Below are positions 30,057 through 40,863 of a DNA stretch of 64,000 nt, piece by piece; within the stretch, counting starts at the first letter, position 1; each line of letters opens with the position of its first letter. The notes below the pieces were generated by a model, which had not been told where the DNA came from, did not search any database, and worked only from the letters and a program-made list of their open reading frames with translations. The translations under genes and the position numbers were made by a program. The stretch is from an uncultured Gammaproteobacteria bacterium (lineage in GTDB: Bacteria > Patescibacteriota > Microgenomatia > Daviesbacterales > UBA10151): positions 104,502 to 168,501 of the forward strand of contig CAYUPO010000001.1 in NCBI GenBank assembly GCA_964446685.1, given 5' to 3'.

Positions 30057-31439
30057 TTATAGTTTTTTGATTCGGGGACCATCTGCTGTATCTTCAACTT
30101 CATATCCTAAATCTTGAATCTTAAATCTTAAATCATCAGAAGTTTTAAAATCTTTACTCTGCCTTGCTACTTCTCTTTGGTCAGCCAGTATTTGAACCTC
30201 TTCCGGAATTACTAAAGGTTTCCCCAAATATTTTTCTAAGTCCAATCCGAGTATTTTGTCCATTGCTAAAAGATCGTTACTTTTACTAAATGTTGTACCA
30301 TCACTCTTTACCATTTCCCACATTACCGCAACTGCTTGTGGTGTGTTTAAATCGTTGTTAGCACTCTCTAAGAATTTCTGATAAAAATGGCTTGGATCAC
30401 CTTTAGCCTCTTCCCAAGACCTAATCTCAGACCTTAAATTATTCAAAGCAGTTTGAGCGGCTTGCAAAGACTCCCAAGTGAAATTCATCTGATCTCTGTA
30501 GTGAGCTGTTAAAAATAAATATCTCAGAGCCAGCGGATCAAAACCTCTTTCAATAATTTCTTCGATTTTATAAAAATTACCTTTTGACTTGGACATCTTT
30601 TCGCCATCAATCATCATATGTTCATGGTGGACCCAGTATTTGGTAAATTGTTTGCCGGTTGCAGCTTCAGATTGAGCAATCTCATTGGTGTGATGAACAG
30701 CGATGTGATCGACACCTCCGGTGTGAATATCGATAGTTTCGCCCAGATACTCCATACTCATCGCTGAACATTCAATATGCCATCCGGGAAATCCTTCACC
30801 CCAGGGGGATGACCAATGCATGGCATGATTTTCAAAATGGCCGACGGTAAAAAACCACAAAGCAAAATCAGCCGGATGTTTTTTGAGAGGATCAACTTTA
30901 ACTTCATCCCTGGAACCAATTTCTTTATCCTCCAATTTTTGCCCGGATAGTTTTGTGTAATCAGGAAATTTGGTAACATCAAAATAAATTGCCTGCGGAG
31001 TCTGATAAGTAAAACCTTTTTCTTCCAGCTGCTGAATTAAATTTATTTGCTGGGGAATATGTTCTGTAGCTCGGCAAATAATATCCGGAGTTTCAAAATT
31101 AATTTTAGCTAAAGATTCCCAGGAATAATTTTCAAAAAACTTAGCTACTTCCCAAACTGTCTTTCCGGCTTTCTTAGCACCTTTTTCCATCTTATCTCCG
31201 CCTTCATCAGCATCAGATTCCAAGTGCCCAACATCTGTTACATTCATCACATGTTTAACCTGATAACCGTTGGCCCGCAGCACTCTTTTTAAAACATCAT
31301 CTCCCACATATTTATACAGGTGTCCGATATGGGTATAGTCATAGACTGTCACGCCGCAGGTATAAAGACCAACCTGGTTGTCCTTAAGTGGAATAAAATC
31401 TTCTATTTTGCGGGATAAAGTGTTGTAGAGTTTTAACAT
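30057..31439 (-). CDS. cysS: cysteine--tRNA ligase
   Basis: 460 aa; HIGH (HIGH at YTHIGH) and KMSKS motifs. Confidence 0.9.
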   Translation of the reverse strand: MLKLYNTLSRKIEDFIPLKDNQVGLYTCGVTVYDYTHIGHLYKYVGDDVLKRVLRANGYQVKHVMNVTDVGHLESDADEGGDKMEKGAKKAGKTVWEVAKFFENYSWESLAKINFETPDIICRATEHIPQQINLIQQLEEKGFTYQTPQAIYFDVTKFPDYTKLSGQKLEDKEIGSRDEVKVDPLKKHPADFALWFFTVGHFENHAMHWSSPWGEGFPGWHIECSAMSMEYLGETIDIHTGGVDHIAVHHTNEIAQSEAATGKQFTKYWVHHEHMMIDGEKMSKSKGNFYKIEEIIERGFDPLALRYLFLTAHYRDQMNFTWESLQAAQTALNNLRSEIRSWEEAKGDPSHFYQKFLESANNDLNTPQAVAVMWEMVKSDGTTFSKSNDLLAMDKILGLDLEKYLGKPLVIPEEVQILADQREVARQSKDFKTSDDLRFKIQDLGYEVEDTADGPRIKKL

Positions 31440-31500
31440 TGAGGTAAGTATATGAGAATAGGCTTGAAAATTCCAGAGTAATTAATTACACTCCTCAAAT

Positions 31501-31758
31501 ATGGATGATAAAAATGCAAATAAAATTTTTACACACCTTTTTCAGATGGAAGACCGTCTGAATAATAAGTTAGAGTCTTACCACAATGAAATTACTGAGT
31601 TTAAAGATGGGGTTCATACCAGAATAGATGAAGTTATGGGAGAGTTAATTAGAATACGTGAGGAGCAATCTTTTTCAGGACATAGAATTTCTAATCTTGA
31701 AGAGCGGGTCGAAACCATTGAAAAAGTTCCGGTCATTGCTCATACAATTAAAAAATGA
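31501..31758 (+). CDS. hypothetical coiled-coil protein
   Basis: 85 aa. Confidence 0.3.
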   Translation: MDDKNANKIFTHLFQMEDRLNNKLESYHNEITEFKDGVHTRIDEVMGELIRIREEQSFSGHRISNLEERVETIEKVPVIAHTIKK

Positions 31759-31782
31759 GCAAAGCTCTTGCTTCGCAATAAT

Positions 31783-32202
31783 TTAACCTCCGACACCGTT
31801 TCTTTGTTCTTTTGATCTTTCGGCATTATAGACAGCCACATTCATCTGTTCTTCTTTTTTACTGTCTTCAAATTTTTCTACCTGCTCTTTTTGTTTATCC
31901 TGCTGCTCAGATGCAGCTCTTTGCTGATCTCTGATCTGTGTTGCCTCTCGGGCTTTTTGCTCTTCTTCAGTTAGTTTGTTAAAAAAATCTCTGTAGTAAG
32001 CAGCCTTTTTAGCGTCAGTTTGCTTTTTTTGCATCTCCTCCTGTTGCTTTTTGGCCTGAGCTTGGGGATCATCTGAAGCAGTTATTGATTGAGCCCCTAC
32101 TTCAATCATCTTCCCCATCTCTTCCCCAACAGGTTTCACAATTGCATCAGAGACTACTCCCAACATCTCTGAAATATTTCCACCTGAATCACCATCTGCC
32201 AT
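31783..32202 (-). CDS. hypothetical low-complexity (Q/E/K-rich) protein
   Basis: 139 aa. Confidence 0.3.
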   Translation of the reverse strand: MADGDSGGNISEMLGVVSDAIVKPVGEEMGKMIEVGAQSITASDDPQAQAKKQQEEMQKKQTDAKKAAYYRDFFNKLTEEEQKAREATQIRDQQRAASEQQDKQKEQVEKFEDSKKEEQMNVAVYNAERSKEQRNGVGG

Positions 32203-32305
32203 CCCTTAATACTAATAACCAAATGTCAAAGATACAAGTAATCCAAAGGTCTGCATAAATTGTAATTTATTTGTTACTTGGTTTTTGTATCTTGGATAAC
32301 TTGCT

Positions 32306-32911
32306 TTAATATTCTTTCCTCCCCTCAAAAGATCTGGTCAGGGTTGATTCATCAGCATATTCAAGGTCGCCTCCAACTGGCAATCCTCTGGCAATTCGGG
32401 TGACTTTAATTCCAAGAGGTCTGATCAGACGATCAATATACATGGCGGTTGCCTCCCCTTCCATTGTGGGGTTGGTAGCCAGAATGACCTCTGTGACTGA
32501 TCCATCTTTCAACCTGGGCAATAACTCTCTGACATGAAGTTCATCCGGTCCAATGTTTTGCAAAGGTGAAATAGCTCCATGTAAGACATGATACAGCCCT
32601 TTGAAATTTGTCCGGTCAATTGCCAATACATCTAAAGGATCTTCCACCACACAAATAATACTTTTATCACGAGTCGGATCACTATCAATTTCACAGGGAT
32701 CTTTTTCTGAGATATTAAAACAAACAGAACAAAGCACCGTACTTTCTTTGAGAGCGAGAGCCGACTTTGCCAGCATCTCAGCTTCTTCTTTTGGTGCATG
32801 AAGTAAATAATAAGTCAGCCGCTGAGCCGACTTTGGTCCAATACCAGGCAGTCTTTCAAACGCTTCAATTAATTCTCTAACAACTTTGGGAATTGTAGCC
32901 ATGGCAAACAC
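32306..32911 (-). CDS. recR: recombination protein RecR
   Basis: 201 aa; HhH LPGIGPKSAQR, C4 zinc finger, Toprim. Confidence 0.9.
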   Translation of the reverse strand: MFAMATIPKVVRELIEAFERLPGIGPKSAQRLTYYLLHAPKEEAEMLAKSALALKESTVLCSVCFNISEKDPCEIDSDPTRDKSIICVVEDPLDVLAIDRTNFKGLYHVLHGAISPLQNIGPDELHVRELLPRLKDGSVTEVILATNPTMEGEATAMYIDRLIRPLGIKVTRIARGLPVGGDLEYADESTLTRSFEGRKEY

Positions 32912-32990
32912 TATATCAGAAATAAGCCCAAATGTGTTATTAAATAAGCTTATAGTTGTATTTATGTGGTTTTTTTTATATCATTAGTCA

Positions 32991-33446
32991 ATGGAATTTA
33001 TTCATGCCTCAGAACAAGACAACTTAATGATCGCTGCAGAGGTCTTTAGCAAGACTAAAAAAGTTATCAATTTACCAGATCAAGGATATGTAGATTTTAT
33101 TTTGAATTCAGCAGATATTATTGATCAGATGCGAAAGCATACAAACTGGAGAGAGGCTTTGATTGAAATTGAAGGAATACCAGAAGAAGAGCTTTATGGA
33201 ATGGGTTTAATATCCAGTCTAAAAAATTGGGTTGATTCTAGTTACCCTGATATAGACGGTTATACTAATGGATTTAAACAAACTTTTAGAAGTGCCTTCC
33301 GTATGCTTGGAGCAAAAAAAGTTTATAGACCAGATTTATATACCCATCGCCAAATTTTGGCAACTAAACAAGGTCGAGCATATACCCAAGAAAAAGTAGC
33401 TGGCCATCGACACAATTTGTCTGCAGGATTTAAAATTGTAGTTTGA
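32991..33446 (+). CDS. hypothetical protein
   Basis: 151 aa. Confidence 0.35.
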   Translation: MEFIHASEQDNLMIAAEVFSKTKKVINLPDQGYVDFILNSADIIDQMRKHTNWREALIEIEGIPEEELYGMGLISSLKNWVDSSYPDIDGYTNGFKQTFRSAFRMLGAKKVYRPDLYTHRQILATKQGRAYTQEKVAGHRHNLSAGFKIVV

Positions 33447-33455
33447 GAAAGAATA

Positions 33456-33734
33456 TTACATTCCAGGGAGACCCATGCCACCCATTAGGGATTTCATTTC
33501 TTCAGCGGCTACTTTTTGGGATTGTTTTAGTGCTTCATTGACTGCATCAGCTACTTTAGCATGATCATTGTCGCCTTCAATTGAGATAACTTTTTGATCA
33601 CCAGTCATTGCAACAGTCACTCCTTTGTGCTCAACAGTGATTTTAATTTGGGCTAATTTTTTCTGCACTTCCATCGCCTGGTCACGCATTTTTTTCATAT
33701 CACCCAGCTGTTTTAAATTGTCCATTAGTCCCAT
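33456..33734 (-). CDS. ybaB: YbaB/EbfC nucleoid-associated protein
   Basis: 92 aa; classic recR-ybaB pairing. Confidence 0.8.
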   Translation of the reverse strand: MGLMDNLKQLGDMKKMRDQAMEVQKKLAQIKITVEHKGVTVAMTGDQKVISIEGDNDHAKVADAVNEALKQSQKVAAEEMKSLMGGMGLPGM

Positions 33735-33781
33735 ATGGATGAAATTATAAGGGAAGAGATCTGAATACGCAAGGGTAAAAT

Positions 33782-34513
33782 TTAGCCTTTCGGATACTGG
33801 GCGATGGCTAGACGTTTAGCTTCAGCGAGATGATATTCTTCTCCGGGAAGAATTAATCTTTGTGTCCGATATATCGGATTTATTTCTCCGGTTTTTTCAA
33901 CATGATCCCAAAACGCTTTATTTTGCTGTCTTTCCACTTCTTTAACTCGTTGCTGCAATGATTCTGGGGTGTCATTTGGTTCAATCTTAACCAGTGAGGC
34001 TGCGACTACCATTCCTTTATCATATTCTTCAGTTACCTGATGCAAACAGACTTCAGTATAGTCAAAAGGTCGGTTAATCCGCTTTTTAAAAATCAGGACA
34101 GCTGCATGCACTGCCAATCCATGCATTCCCACTCCACCAAAATCTTCATACCCTGGATCAAGGGGGGCTGGATGAGAGTTAATGATTTTTCCATTAAACT
34201 GTTTTATCACATTAATAGGAGTCATGACCGACCAGCCATTTTGAGAAATATAATTGATATCATAAATCCTAAAAGTTGCTAGAAGTGATTGACCATATTT
34301 AAGCCTGGTTGCTTCCTGATCGATTTCACCATTCTCTTTATAGACCAGGTAATCCCTTTTTGGCAGCACAATACAATCTAATTTATGCTCTGAAGCACGC
34401 TCTTTGACCGGTGCTTTTTCATTGTTGGTGATCAACAAATCAGCCTTGTCAAATAACGGCTCACCTGTTGAACCTGATCCTGAAGCTAAGATGGCTAAAT
34501 GAAAATTACTCAT
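33782..34513 (-). CDS. purN: PurN-like formyltransferase (phosphoribosylglycinamide formyltransferase family)
   Basis: 243 aa; LAILASGSGS N-terminus, INSHPAPL (catalytic Asn/His), downstream Asp; C-terminal extension. Confidence 0.55.
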   Translation of the reverse strand: MSNFHLAILASGSGSTGEPLFDKADLLITNNEKAPVKERASEHKLDCIVLPKRDYLVYKENGEIDQEATRLKYGQSLLATFRIYDINYISQNGWSVMTPINVIKQFNGKIINSHPAPLDPGYEDFGGVGMHGLAVHAAVLIFKKRINRPFDYTEVCLHQVTEEYDKGMVVAASLVKIEPNDTPESLQQRVKEVERQQNKAFWDHVEKTGEINPIYRTQRLILPGEEYHLAEAKRLAIAQYPKG

Positions 34514-34552
34514 ACTCTATTTATTGATAAAAAGATTTTTTTAAATCCCGAA

Positions 34553-35371
34553 TTAAGAATTCTTGGCAGATTGAACAACGTTTCTTAGTAAACAGGCGAT
34601 TGTCAGAGGGCCAATGCCTCCAATTGTCGGACAAAATAGCTTGGCTTTTTCCGCAATTGCTTCCTCATCTAAGTCACCGACTGTTTTACTATTCTCATCT
34701 TTACTGACACCAACACCAATTATATAAGCCCCTTTTTTAATATTCTGGGCATTAATAATATGCTTTTTGCCGGTAGCAGAGATAATAACATCTGAGGACT
34801 GGATAATACCATCTGGGTTTTGGGTTTGGGAATGGATCAAGTTTGAGGGGAATCTTTTTGTTAAAAGCATTTCCCTGATCGGTCCACCCGCAGTCTTCCC
34901 TCTGCCTAAAACTGTTATATTTTTTCCTTTAAGGAAATTTTCAGCTTTATCAAATCCTTCAATTCGGGCAAACTCAGTTAGCATCTCCCAAACGGCGGCG
35001 GCTGTAGCAGGCATAAATGGAGCATCAAATTTAAAACCATCAACATCTTTTTTTGAATTAACTGCTTTGGATAACTCTTTAAAATCCCAGCTTACAAAAA
35101 TTGGAAACTGAATAATAATCCCGCTGACTGTTTTATTTAATTTAAGAATCAATGGCAGAACCTGATCTTTCTGATCTTCACTAAATTGATGCAAAGTGGC
35201 AGCAATTCCAATTTCTCCGGCTCTGGCTAGTTTATTTTCGACATAGAGACGGGATGCAGAATTGTTGTTTGCTAAAATGATAGCTAACTTTGCCTGAAGC
35301 TGGTCTTCCGCTATTTCAAGTTTCAGTGCATTTAAAATTGAATCAGCTAGTGGTTTTCCGGATACTTTCAT
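34553..35371 (-). CDS. folD: bifunctional methylenetetrahydrofolate dehydrogenase/cyclohydrolase
   Basis: 272 aa; VLGRGKTAGGP and GGIGPLT motifs. Confidence 0.85.
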   Translation of the reverse strand: MKVSGKPLADSILNALKLEIAEDQLQAKLAIILANNNSASRLYVENKLARAGEIGIAATLHQFSEDQKDQVLPLILKLNKTVSGIIIQFPIFVSWDFKELSKAVNSKKDVDGFKFDAPFMPATAAAVWEMLTEFARIEGFDKAENFLKGKNITVLGRGKTAGGPIREMLLTKRFPSNLIHSQTQNPDGIIQSSDVIISATGKKHIINAQNIKKGAYIIGVGVSKDENSKTVGDLDEEAIAEKAKLFCPTIGGIGPLTIACLLRNVVQSAKNS

Positions 35372-35393
35372 GTGTTATTTATACTACCTCAAA

Positions 35394-35692
35394 CGTCATT
35401 CCAGCGAAAGTCATCGATTCTGAGGTCTAACGCCTCCACCTCCAGACTCGAAGAGCAGGCATCTGTAATAACAGGTTAGCAATTCATTAAATTTTCACCT
35501 AGTTATCAGAGAACAGATTCCCCTTTACAGGGGAATGACGTTTACTAGTTAATTATTAACTGACTTCCGGCCACAGCGGTAGTGGTTTCCGTCATTCCTG
35601 CGAAAGCAGGAATCTGTTATAACTGGAACTAACTAGGAAACTATTGAAACCCTGTATGAAAACAGCAGATTCCCCTTTTCAGGGGAATGACG
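35394..35692. repeat. array of at least four GTCATTCC-type palindromic elements in the folD-yjjX spacer
   Basis: 35516-35540, 35590-35616, 35666-35692 are clear hairpins (ATTCCCCT/AGGGGAAT, ATTCCTGC/GCAGGAAT); 35394-35430 is degenerate. Confidence 0.75.
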
Positions 35693-35697
35693 AATTT

Positions 35698-36243
35698 TTA
35701 ATTATAAAGTTCCGGGTTAATGAATCTGACTAGTGCTGATAGAACTCCAGATCTGTAAGCATCAGTTCTGGTAATCAGATTTTTTGTTAATAAACCAAAC
35801 TGTCCTTCCGCCTGCTTGGTATTTTTTCTTTTATATAAAATATCGCAGGCATCACCCAGTTCAAGTCCCTTTTCTAAAACCATTTCCATCATCTTATGCG
35901 GAGTATGCATTCTGATACTGGATCCAATACCCATTTTGCCACTTTTTTCAAAAACTATCACCCAGCCTGAATCAACATATTCTGAACCAATTTTTTGAAT
36001 TCCGCCTTCAATCCCTACTCCAAAATCAGCTTTTAGCTCTTTCAAAGCTCTTTTAGCCCGATTGATAGCCCCTTTAACTGATTCTTTATCCGACATTGGT
36101 TGATCGGAAACCCCGGAAGCTACATCAGACCCATTAACAACCCATTCTATCTCAGGCCAAACATCACTAAAAGCCAACCTAACAGCTTCCACTTTGACCG
36201 GATTTTTTGAACCAACAGCAACCGTTTTTCTTGGTTTATTCAT
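35698..36243 (-). CDS. yjjX: non-canonical purine NTP phosphatase (YjjX-like ITPase/XTPase)
   Basis: 181 aa; N-terminal VAVGSKNPVK, FGVGIEGG motif. Confidence 0.65.
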   Translation of the reverse strand: MNKPRKTVAVGSKNPVKVEAVRLAFSDVWPEIEWVVNGSDVASGVSDQPMSDKESVKGAINRAKRALKELKADFGVGIEGGIQKIGSEYVDSGWVIVFEKSGKMGIGSSIRMHTPHKMMEMVLEKGLELGDACDILYKRKNTKQAEGQFGLLTKNLITRTDAYRSGVLSALVRFINPELYN

Positions 36244-36415
36244 AGTTAAATTTCTAAGTACTAATTTCTAATTACTAAATAATGTCTAATGAATAAATTC
36301 TTGCTTCGCAATGAATAAATTCTTGCTTCGCAATGAATAAATGTCTAAAGAGTTTAGTCATTAGTATTTGGGATTTGTTTAGGAATTAGAAATTAGAGTA
36401 ATTAGAAATTTTTCT
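36244..36415. repeat. AT-rich spacer with inverted TTTCTAATT / AATTAGAAA heptamer arms plus a 23-bp direct repeat (AATGAATAAATTCTTGCTTCGCA x2)
   Basis: read directly. Confidence 0.6.
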
Positions 36416-36892
36416 TTAGTCTTCCCGTACATTCACCAATCCGCCCAGATACTTTGCCCAATAGATCTCTTCTTCCGAATGACTGATTTTTTCTTCGCCG
36501 CTAAACTGACTGATCTCACCTTCCCATTTATTTTTATATTCAAAACTTTCCTGCTTAAATTCTTCAGGTCCTCTGAATGGATAATCTTCCGGCGCATTTA
36601 GTAATGCCTGCTGGAGAACTTCATAAATTTTAGTAAAGTTAGTTATATCTTTGGCCACACTACCGTAATAAACCATCATCCAGACCGGTTTCCCTTTATA
36701 AAAAACGACTGTTCTTCCGGAAAAAGGTTCACCACCAAAGTAATTATCATGACTTTTCCAGTCATCTTTTTCATATAAAAATGTTTTTGATCCATCTGCT
36801 TCTATTTTTTTACGCGTTTCTCCCGCAGCTGCATAGCCGTGTTTGGTGGATTCAAGAATAAACTGGCGGAGGTCGCTTAAATTGAGTGGCAT
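36416..36892 (-). CDS. hypothetical protein
   Basis: 158 aa. Confidence 0.4.
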   Translation of the reverse strand: MPLNLSDLRQFILESTKHGYAAAGETRKKIEADGSKTFLYEKDDWKSHDNYFGGEPFSGRTVVFYKGKPVWMMVYYGSVAKDITNFTKIYEVLQQALLNAPEDYPFRGPEEFKQESFEYKNKWEGEISQFSGEEKISHSEEEIYWAKYLGGLVNVRED

Positions 36893-36908
36893 ATTATAAT
36901 AGTATTTA

Positions 36909-37187
36909 TTAAAAAGCTTCTTGTCGTCTTAATCTCGGAATTGTTTCTCTCATGATCCATCCATTGGTGGTGTCTCTTGATTCTTGCATTTTACTTTTGA
37001 AATTAGCATTCTGATTAAATTTGAGACTTTGTTCTATTGCCCGATCCAATCTGATCATAGATCTTATGAAATCAGCAGGAGAACTTGAGGTAACAACTTG
37101 ATGCATCCTAATTCCAACTTGAAGGCCAAATTCTCTAACAAATTTATCCGTAACTTCTGGAGCTAATAAAGTTTCTGGAGAAATCAT
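36909..37187 (-). CDS. hypothetical protein (start trimmed to internal Met to avoid an 86-bp overlap with glyA)
   Basis: ORF 36909-37274; internal ATG at 37187 abuts the glyA stop. Confidence 0.25.
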   Translation of the reverse strand: MISPETLLAPEVTDKFVREFGLQVGIRMHQVVTSSSPADFIRSMIRLDRAIEQSLKFNQNANFKSKMQESRDTTNGWIMRETIPRLRRQEAF

Positions 37188-37188
37188 A

Positions 37189-38556
37189 TCAGATATCAAT
37201 TCCTGGGACGGGGAATTTTTTAGCAAAGGAGGTGATCTCTTTTTGAAGCTTGAGTAAGTTTTTGTTTTTAACAATCTCTGCCCGGAATTTTCTCAGTAAT
37301 TCTAAGCGTCCTTCTTTATCAGCTGGCAGAATATATCCTTCAACTTCTTTGATCACCTGGGCAATCCAATTGCCTACCTTCACCATATCTTTTTCTTTCA
37401 TTCCCCGGGTAGTCAAAGCTGGTGTTCCAATCCGGATGCCTGAGGTATAAAAAGGAGGCATTGGATCATATGGAACAAGTGAGAAATTCAGAACGATTCC
37501 GGCAACTTCCAAAGCCTCGGCAGCTAATTTGCCCGACACCTGCTGTCGCTGCAGATCAACTAATATCAGATGATTATCTGTGCCTCCGGAAACCAGATCC
37601 AGACCGTTTTTGGTCAGAGTTTCAGCCAATTTTTGGGCATTTTTAACAATTTGAGCAGCATATTTTTTAAACGAGGCTTTTGAAGCTTCTTCCAGCGCTA
37701 CGGCAATGGCGGCTGTCTGATTGTCATGCGGACCTCCCTGAAGGCCCGGGAAGACTGCAGCATCGATTTTTTTACCCATTTCCGGATCTTTCTTTAACCC
37801 TCTCTCAGTTACCATAATCATCGCCCCTCTTGGACCCCGCAAGGTCTTGTGGGTAGTGGTCATCATCACATCAACATATGGTGCCGGTGAAGGATGCGCT
37901 CCTCCCACTATCAGCCCGGCAATATGTGAAACATCAGCCATCAAAAGTGCACCAACTTTATCAGCAATCTTGCGGAATTTGGCGAAATCGATAGTTCGGG
38001 GGTAAGCCGTAAAGCCGCAAATGATTAAATCAGGTTTTTCATTTAAAACAGCCTCCTCTACTTCTTTATAATCTAACTGACCGGTTTTTTGGGAAACTTT
38101 GTAATGAGCGGTTTTGAAAAACCTCCCGGAAAAACCAATCTCCAGACCATGAGTGATATGTCCACCCTGATCCAGAGCCAGTCCCATCATTTTCTGGCCG
38201 TTTTTCAAAATTCCCATAAAAATAGCGGCATTAGCCGGGGATCCTGAATAAGGCTGAACATTGACATGAGGCACCCCAAACAGTTTTTTAGCTAAATCCT
38301 GGGCATAGATTTCAACTGTATCAACCACTGCATTGCCCTGATAGTAACGTCTTTTTGGATAGCCTTCTGAGTATTTATTGGTAAAAACAGAGCCCAGTGT
38401 TTCAATAACTGCTGAGGAAGTATAGTTTTCTGAAGCAATCATCTCCAGCACCTCTTTTTGGCGCTTTTCTTCCTGTTTAATAGCGTTATAAATTTTAGGT
38501 GATTGTTTCTTTAAGGCCTTCATCTTCGATGGAAATACAATAACCCGAAGTCCCAT
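37189..38556 (-). CDS. glyA: serine hydroxymethyltransferase
   Basis: 455 aa; PLP-lysine region TTTHKTLRGPRG. Confidence 0.9.
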   Translation of the reverse strand: MGLRVIVFPSKMKALKKQSPKIYNAIKQEEKRQKEVLEMIASENYTSSAVIETLGSVFTNKYSEGYPKRRYYQGNAVVDTVEIYAQDLAKKLFGVPHVNVQPYSGSPANAAIFMGILKNGQKMMGLALDQGGHITHGLEIGFSGRFFKTAHYKVSQKTGQLDYKEVEEAVLNEKPDLIICGFTAYPRTIDFAKFRKIADKVGALLMADVSHIAGLIVGGAHPSPAPYVDVMMTTTHKTLRGPRGAMIMVTERGLKKDPEMGKKIDAAVFPGLQGGPHDNQTAAIAVALEEASKASFKKYAAQIVKNAQKLAETLTKNGLDLVSGGTDNHLILVDLQRQQVSGKLAAEALEVAGIVLNFSLVPYDPMPPFYTSGIRIGTPALTTRGMKEKDMVKVGNWIAQVIKEVEGYILPADKEGRLELLRKFRAEIVKNKNLLKLQKEITSFAKKFPVPGIDI

Positions 38557-38667
38557 AAAAAAACAAGTGGATCAATTTGGATCAAAATAATTTAGGATTG
38601 AAAGTTTAAATTTTATATTTAGAACTGAAGTAAATTAAACTATTTTACTAATTAACTAATTCACTAA

Positions 38668-40248
38668 TTAACTATTAAATATTTCGGCGGCGATTCTGAT
38701 GACTTCATCATCCTGAGCTAGTTCGACATTGGCTAGCTCTTCGACTCTGACCGGTCTCTGGCTTAAAGTGGTGGTTACCCGGGCTGGTTTTCCTAAAACA
38801 TCAGTTAAAACTGATTCAAGCAAATTTCGGGAACGGGGAGTTTCCAATATCCTCTGATGGAAAGCATAAGGCACCTCCAAAATCACTATCCCATTATCAC
38901 AGCCCATCAGATTCGCCTGTTTAAGCAGCGCTTCCAGGGAAAAATTGTCAGGTCTGATGGTTTCTAAAATATAATCCCATTTTTCCCGCAATACGATGAT
39001 TTCATGGGAGGGAGCAATCTCCACCTGCTCTTTGAGCATCTGATGGGGCGGGATCTTATCATCTTTCCCTGTATTTACAGGCTGTGAGGGAGAGGATATT
39101 TCACCAATTGTCTGAACCATAGTCATCTGAGGCGCAATCATGTTTGGAGAAATGACCGGAGCCTGAATTCCCAGACAGCTTTCAACTACGGCAACTTCAA
39201 GTGGAAGTGTTGGAATTGAGGTGTATTTTAACTGTTCTAAACTATCTTGAATTAGCTGAATGGAATGCACTAGCTCTCTTTTATTAAATGCAGTAGCCAA
39301 AGTCGTTAATTCTTCATAAATCTCACTACCAAACTGTTGTTTAACACTGATACCTGCCTGAGACTGAATTAGCATCAGCGAGCGCAACACCTCCAGTAAT
39401 TGGGTTGTTCCCTCTTTGACATTTGCCCCTTTTTCCGACAGCTGATAAATAACTGCCAATGCATTGGCGGAATCTTTGCGGGAGATAGCTCCTGCCAGAT
39501 TTAAAATATCTTTAAAACTGGTTGATTTAAGACCTTCTTCGACAGACTGAAGCGTGATTTTTCCTCCGGAGGAAGCGATCTGATCCAGCAGCTTCAAACC
39601 GTCTCTAAAACTCCCGTCCGCTTTACGGGCCAGCAACTTTAAAGCGGCTTCTTCAGCTTCTATTTTTTCTTCTTTGACTACCCGGGATAAAGCTTTAAGC
39701 AGATCTTCTGTGGAAGCAGTCTGAAAATCCAGACGTTGCACCCTGGACAAAATAGTTTGTGGCAGCTTATGCACTTCAGTGGTCGCCAAAATAAAAGCAA
39801 CATGAGAAGGAGGCTCTTCCAGAGTTTTTAGCAAAGCATTAAATGCTTCTGTAGTCAGCATATGAACTTCATCAATAATATAAACTTTTTTCTTAGCCTG
39901 GGTCGGAGCTAGTTTTATCCGCTCCTTCAGATCCCGGATATCATCAATTCCCCTGTTTGAGGCTGCATCAATCTCCATTAAATCCAAATTGGATCCATCA
40001 GTGATAGACAGACACATATTACATTTATTGCAAGGAACTGTTTCCATCTCAGTTCCTTTAACTTCACAGTTGATCATTTTAGCCACTATCCTGGCAGTTG
40101 AAGTTTTACCAGTGCCCCTGGGGCCGCAAAAGAGATAAGCATGGGACAGTTTTTCTGCCTGGTGAGCTTTGAACAGGGTTAATTTGATCTGATCCTGACC
40201 AATAAGTTCTGAAAGTGTTTGTGGACGATACTTGCGATAGAAAACCAT
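38668..40248 (-). CDS. dnaX: DNA polymerase III subunit gamma/tau
   Basis: 526 aa; GPRGTGKTS, zinc module CNKCNMC, SRC/sensor motifs. Confidence 0.9.
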   Translation of the reverse strand: MVFYRKYRPQTLSELIGQDQIKLTLFKAHQAEKLSHAYLFCGPRGTGKTSTARIVAKMINCEVKGTEMETVPCNKCNMCLSITDGSNLDLMEIDAASNRGIDDIRDLKERIKLAPTQAKKKVYIIDEVHMLTTEAFNALLKTLEEPPSHVAFILATTEVHKLPQTILSRVQRLDFQTASTEDLLKALSRVVKEEKIEAEEAALKLLARKADGSFRDGLKLLDQIASSGGKITLQSVEEGLKSTSFKDILNLAGAISRKDSANALAVIYQLSEKGANVKEGTTQLLEVLRSLMLIQSQAGISVKQQFGSEIYEELTTLATAFNKRELVHSIQLIQDSLEQLKYTSIPTLPLEVAVVESCLGIQAPVISPNMIAPQMTMVQTIGEISSPSQPVNTGKDDKIPPHQMLKEQVEIAPSHEIIVLREKWDYILETIRPDNFSLEALLKQANLMGCDNGIVILEVPYAFHQRILETPRSRNLLESVLTDVLGKPARVTTTLSQRPVRVEELANVELAQDDEVIRIAAEIFNS

Positions 40249-40445
40249 ATGAGGATTCTTAGATTACCATAGTTCCACAGTAAAGGGTCAAGATAGAAGA
40301 ATAACTATGGAACAGATAGAAAGAGGTAAGTCCTGAGGAAATTTCTAATTTCTAATTACTAATTGACCTAAATAAATTCCAGTTTCTAAGAAGCTAAACT
40401 ACTTAAACATTATTTAGAAATTAGGTTAATTAGAAATTAGAAATT
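40249..40445. repeat. AT-rich spacer with inverted TTTCTAATTTCTAATTACTAATT / TTAGAAATTAGG..TTAGAAATTAGAAATT arms (dnaX-ybeY)
   Basis: read directly. Confidence 0.6.
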
Positions 40446-40859
40446 TTAATGTTGGTGTATTCCCAGGAGGTGGCTGGTGCCGTGTTCGACTAGCATTCGG
40501 ATCTCTTCTTCAACAGCAACTCCCTCAGCAACAGCATCTTTTTTGGCTTCCGGATAGGAAATGACAATATCACCCAGTCTGGTGATTTTATCCGGTGAGG
40601 GCACAAAACCCATTTTGCTAAGATGCATCACACCATTTTTTTGAGGTTGTTCATAGGGAAAAGAAAGAATATTTGTGGTGCTATCAATACCCCTATAAGT
40701 TTTGTTAATCTCGTGCATCTGATTGTCACCGACAATCGTAATACCTATTTCAATATTTCCATGGATCTGATGCCTTTTTAAGACCTCCATAGCAGCTGAC
40801 TGGACAGCGAATTTGTTAATTTCAAATTTTGTATCAGAATTGACAATAATATTAACCAT
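40446..40859 (-). CDS. ybeY: rRNA maturation endoribonuclease YbeY
   Basis: 137 aa; HGTSHLLGIHQH metal-binding H-box. Confidence 0.75.
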   Translation of the reverse strand: MVNIIVNSDTKFEINKFAVQSAAMEVLKRHQIHGNIEIGITIVGDNQMHEINKTYRGIDSTTNILSFPYEQPQKNGVMHLSKMGFVPSPDKITRLGDIVISYPEAKKDAVAEGVAVEEEIRMLVEHGTSHLLGIHQH

Positions 40860-40863
40860 AAAA

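Noticed and set aside
36909-37274. Full-length 121-aa ORF overlapping glyA by 86 bp
   Set aside because: The overlap is implausible. Trimmed to the internal Met at 37187, and even that call is low confidence.
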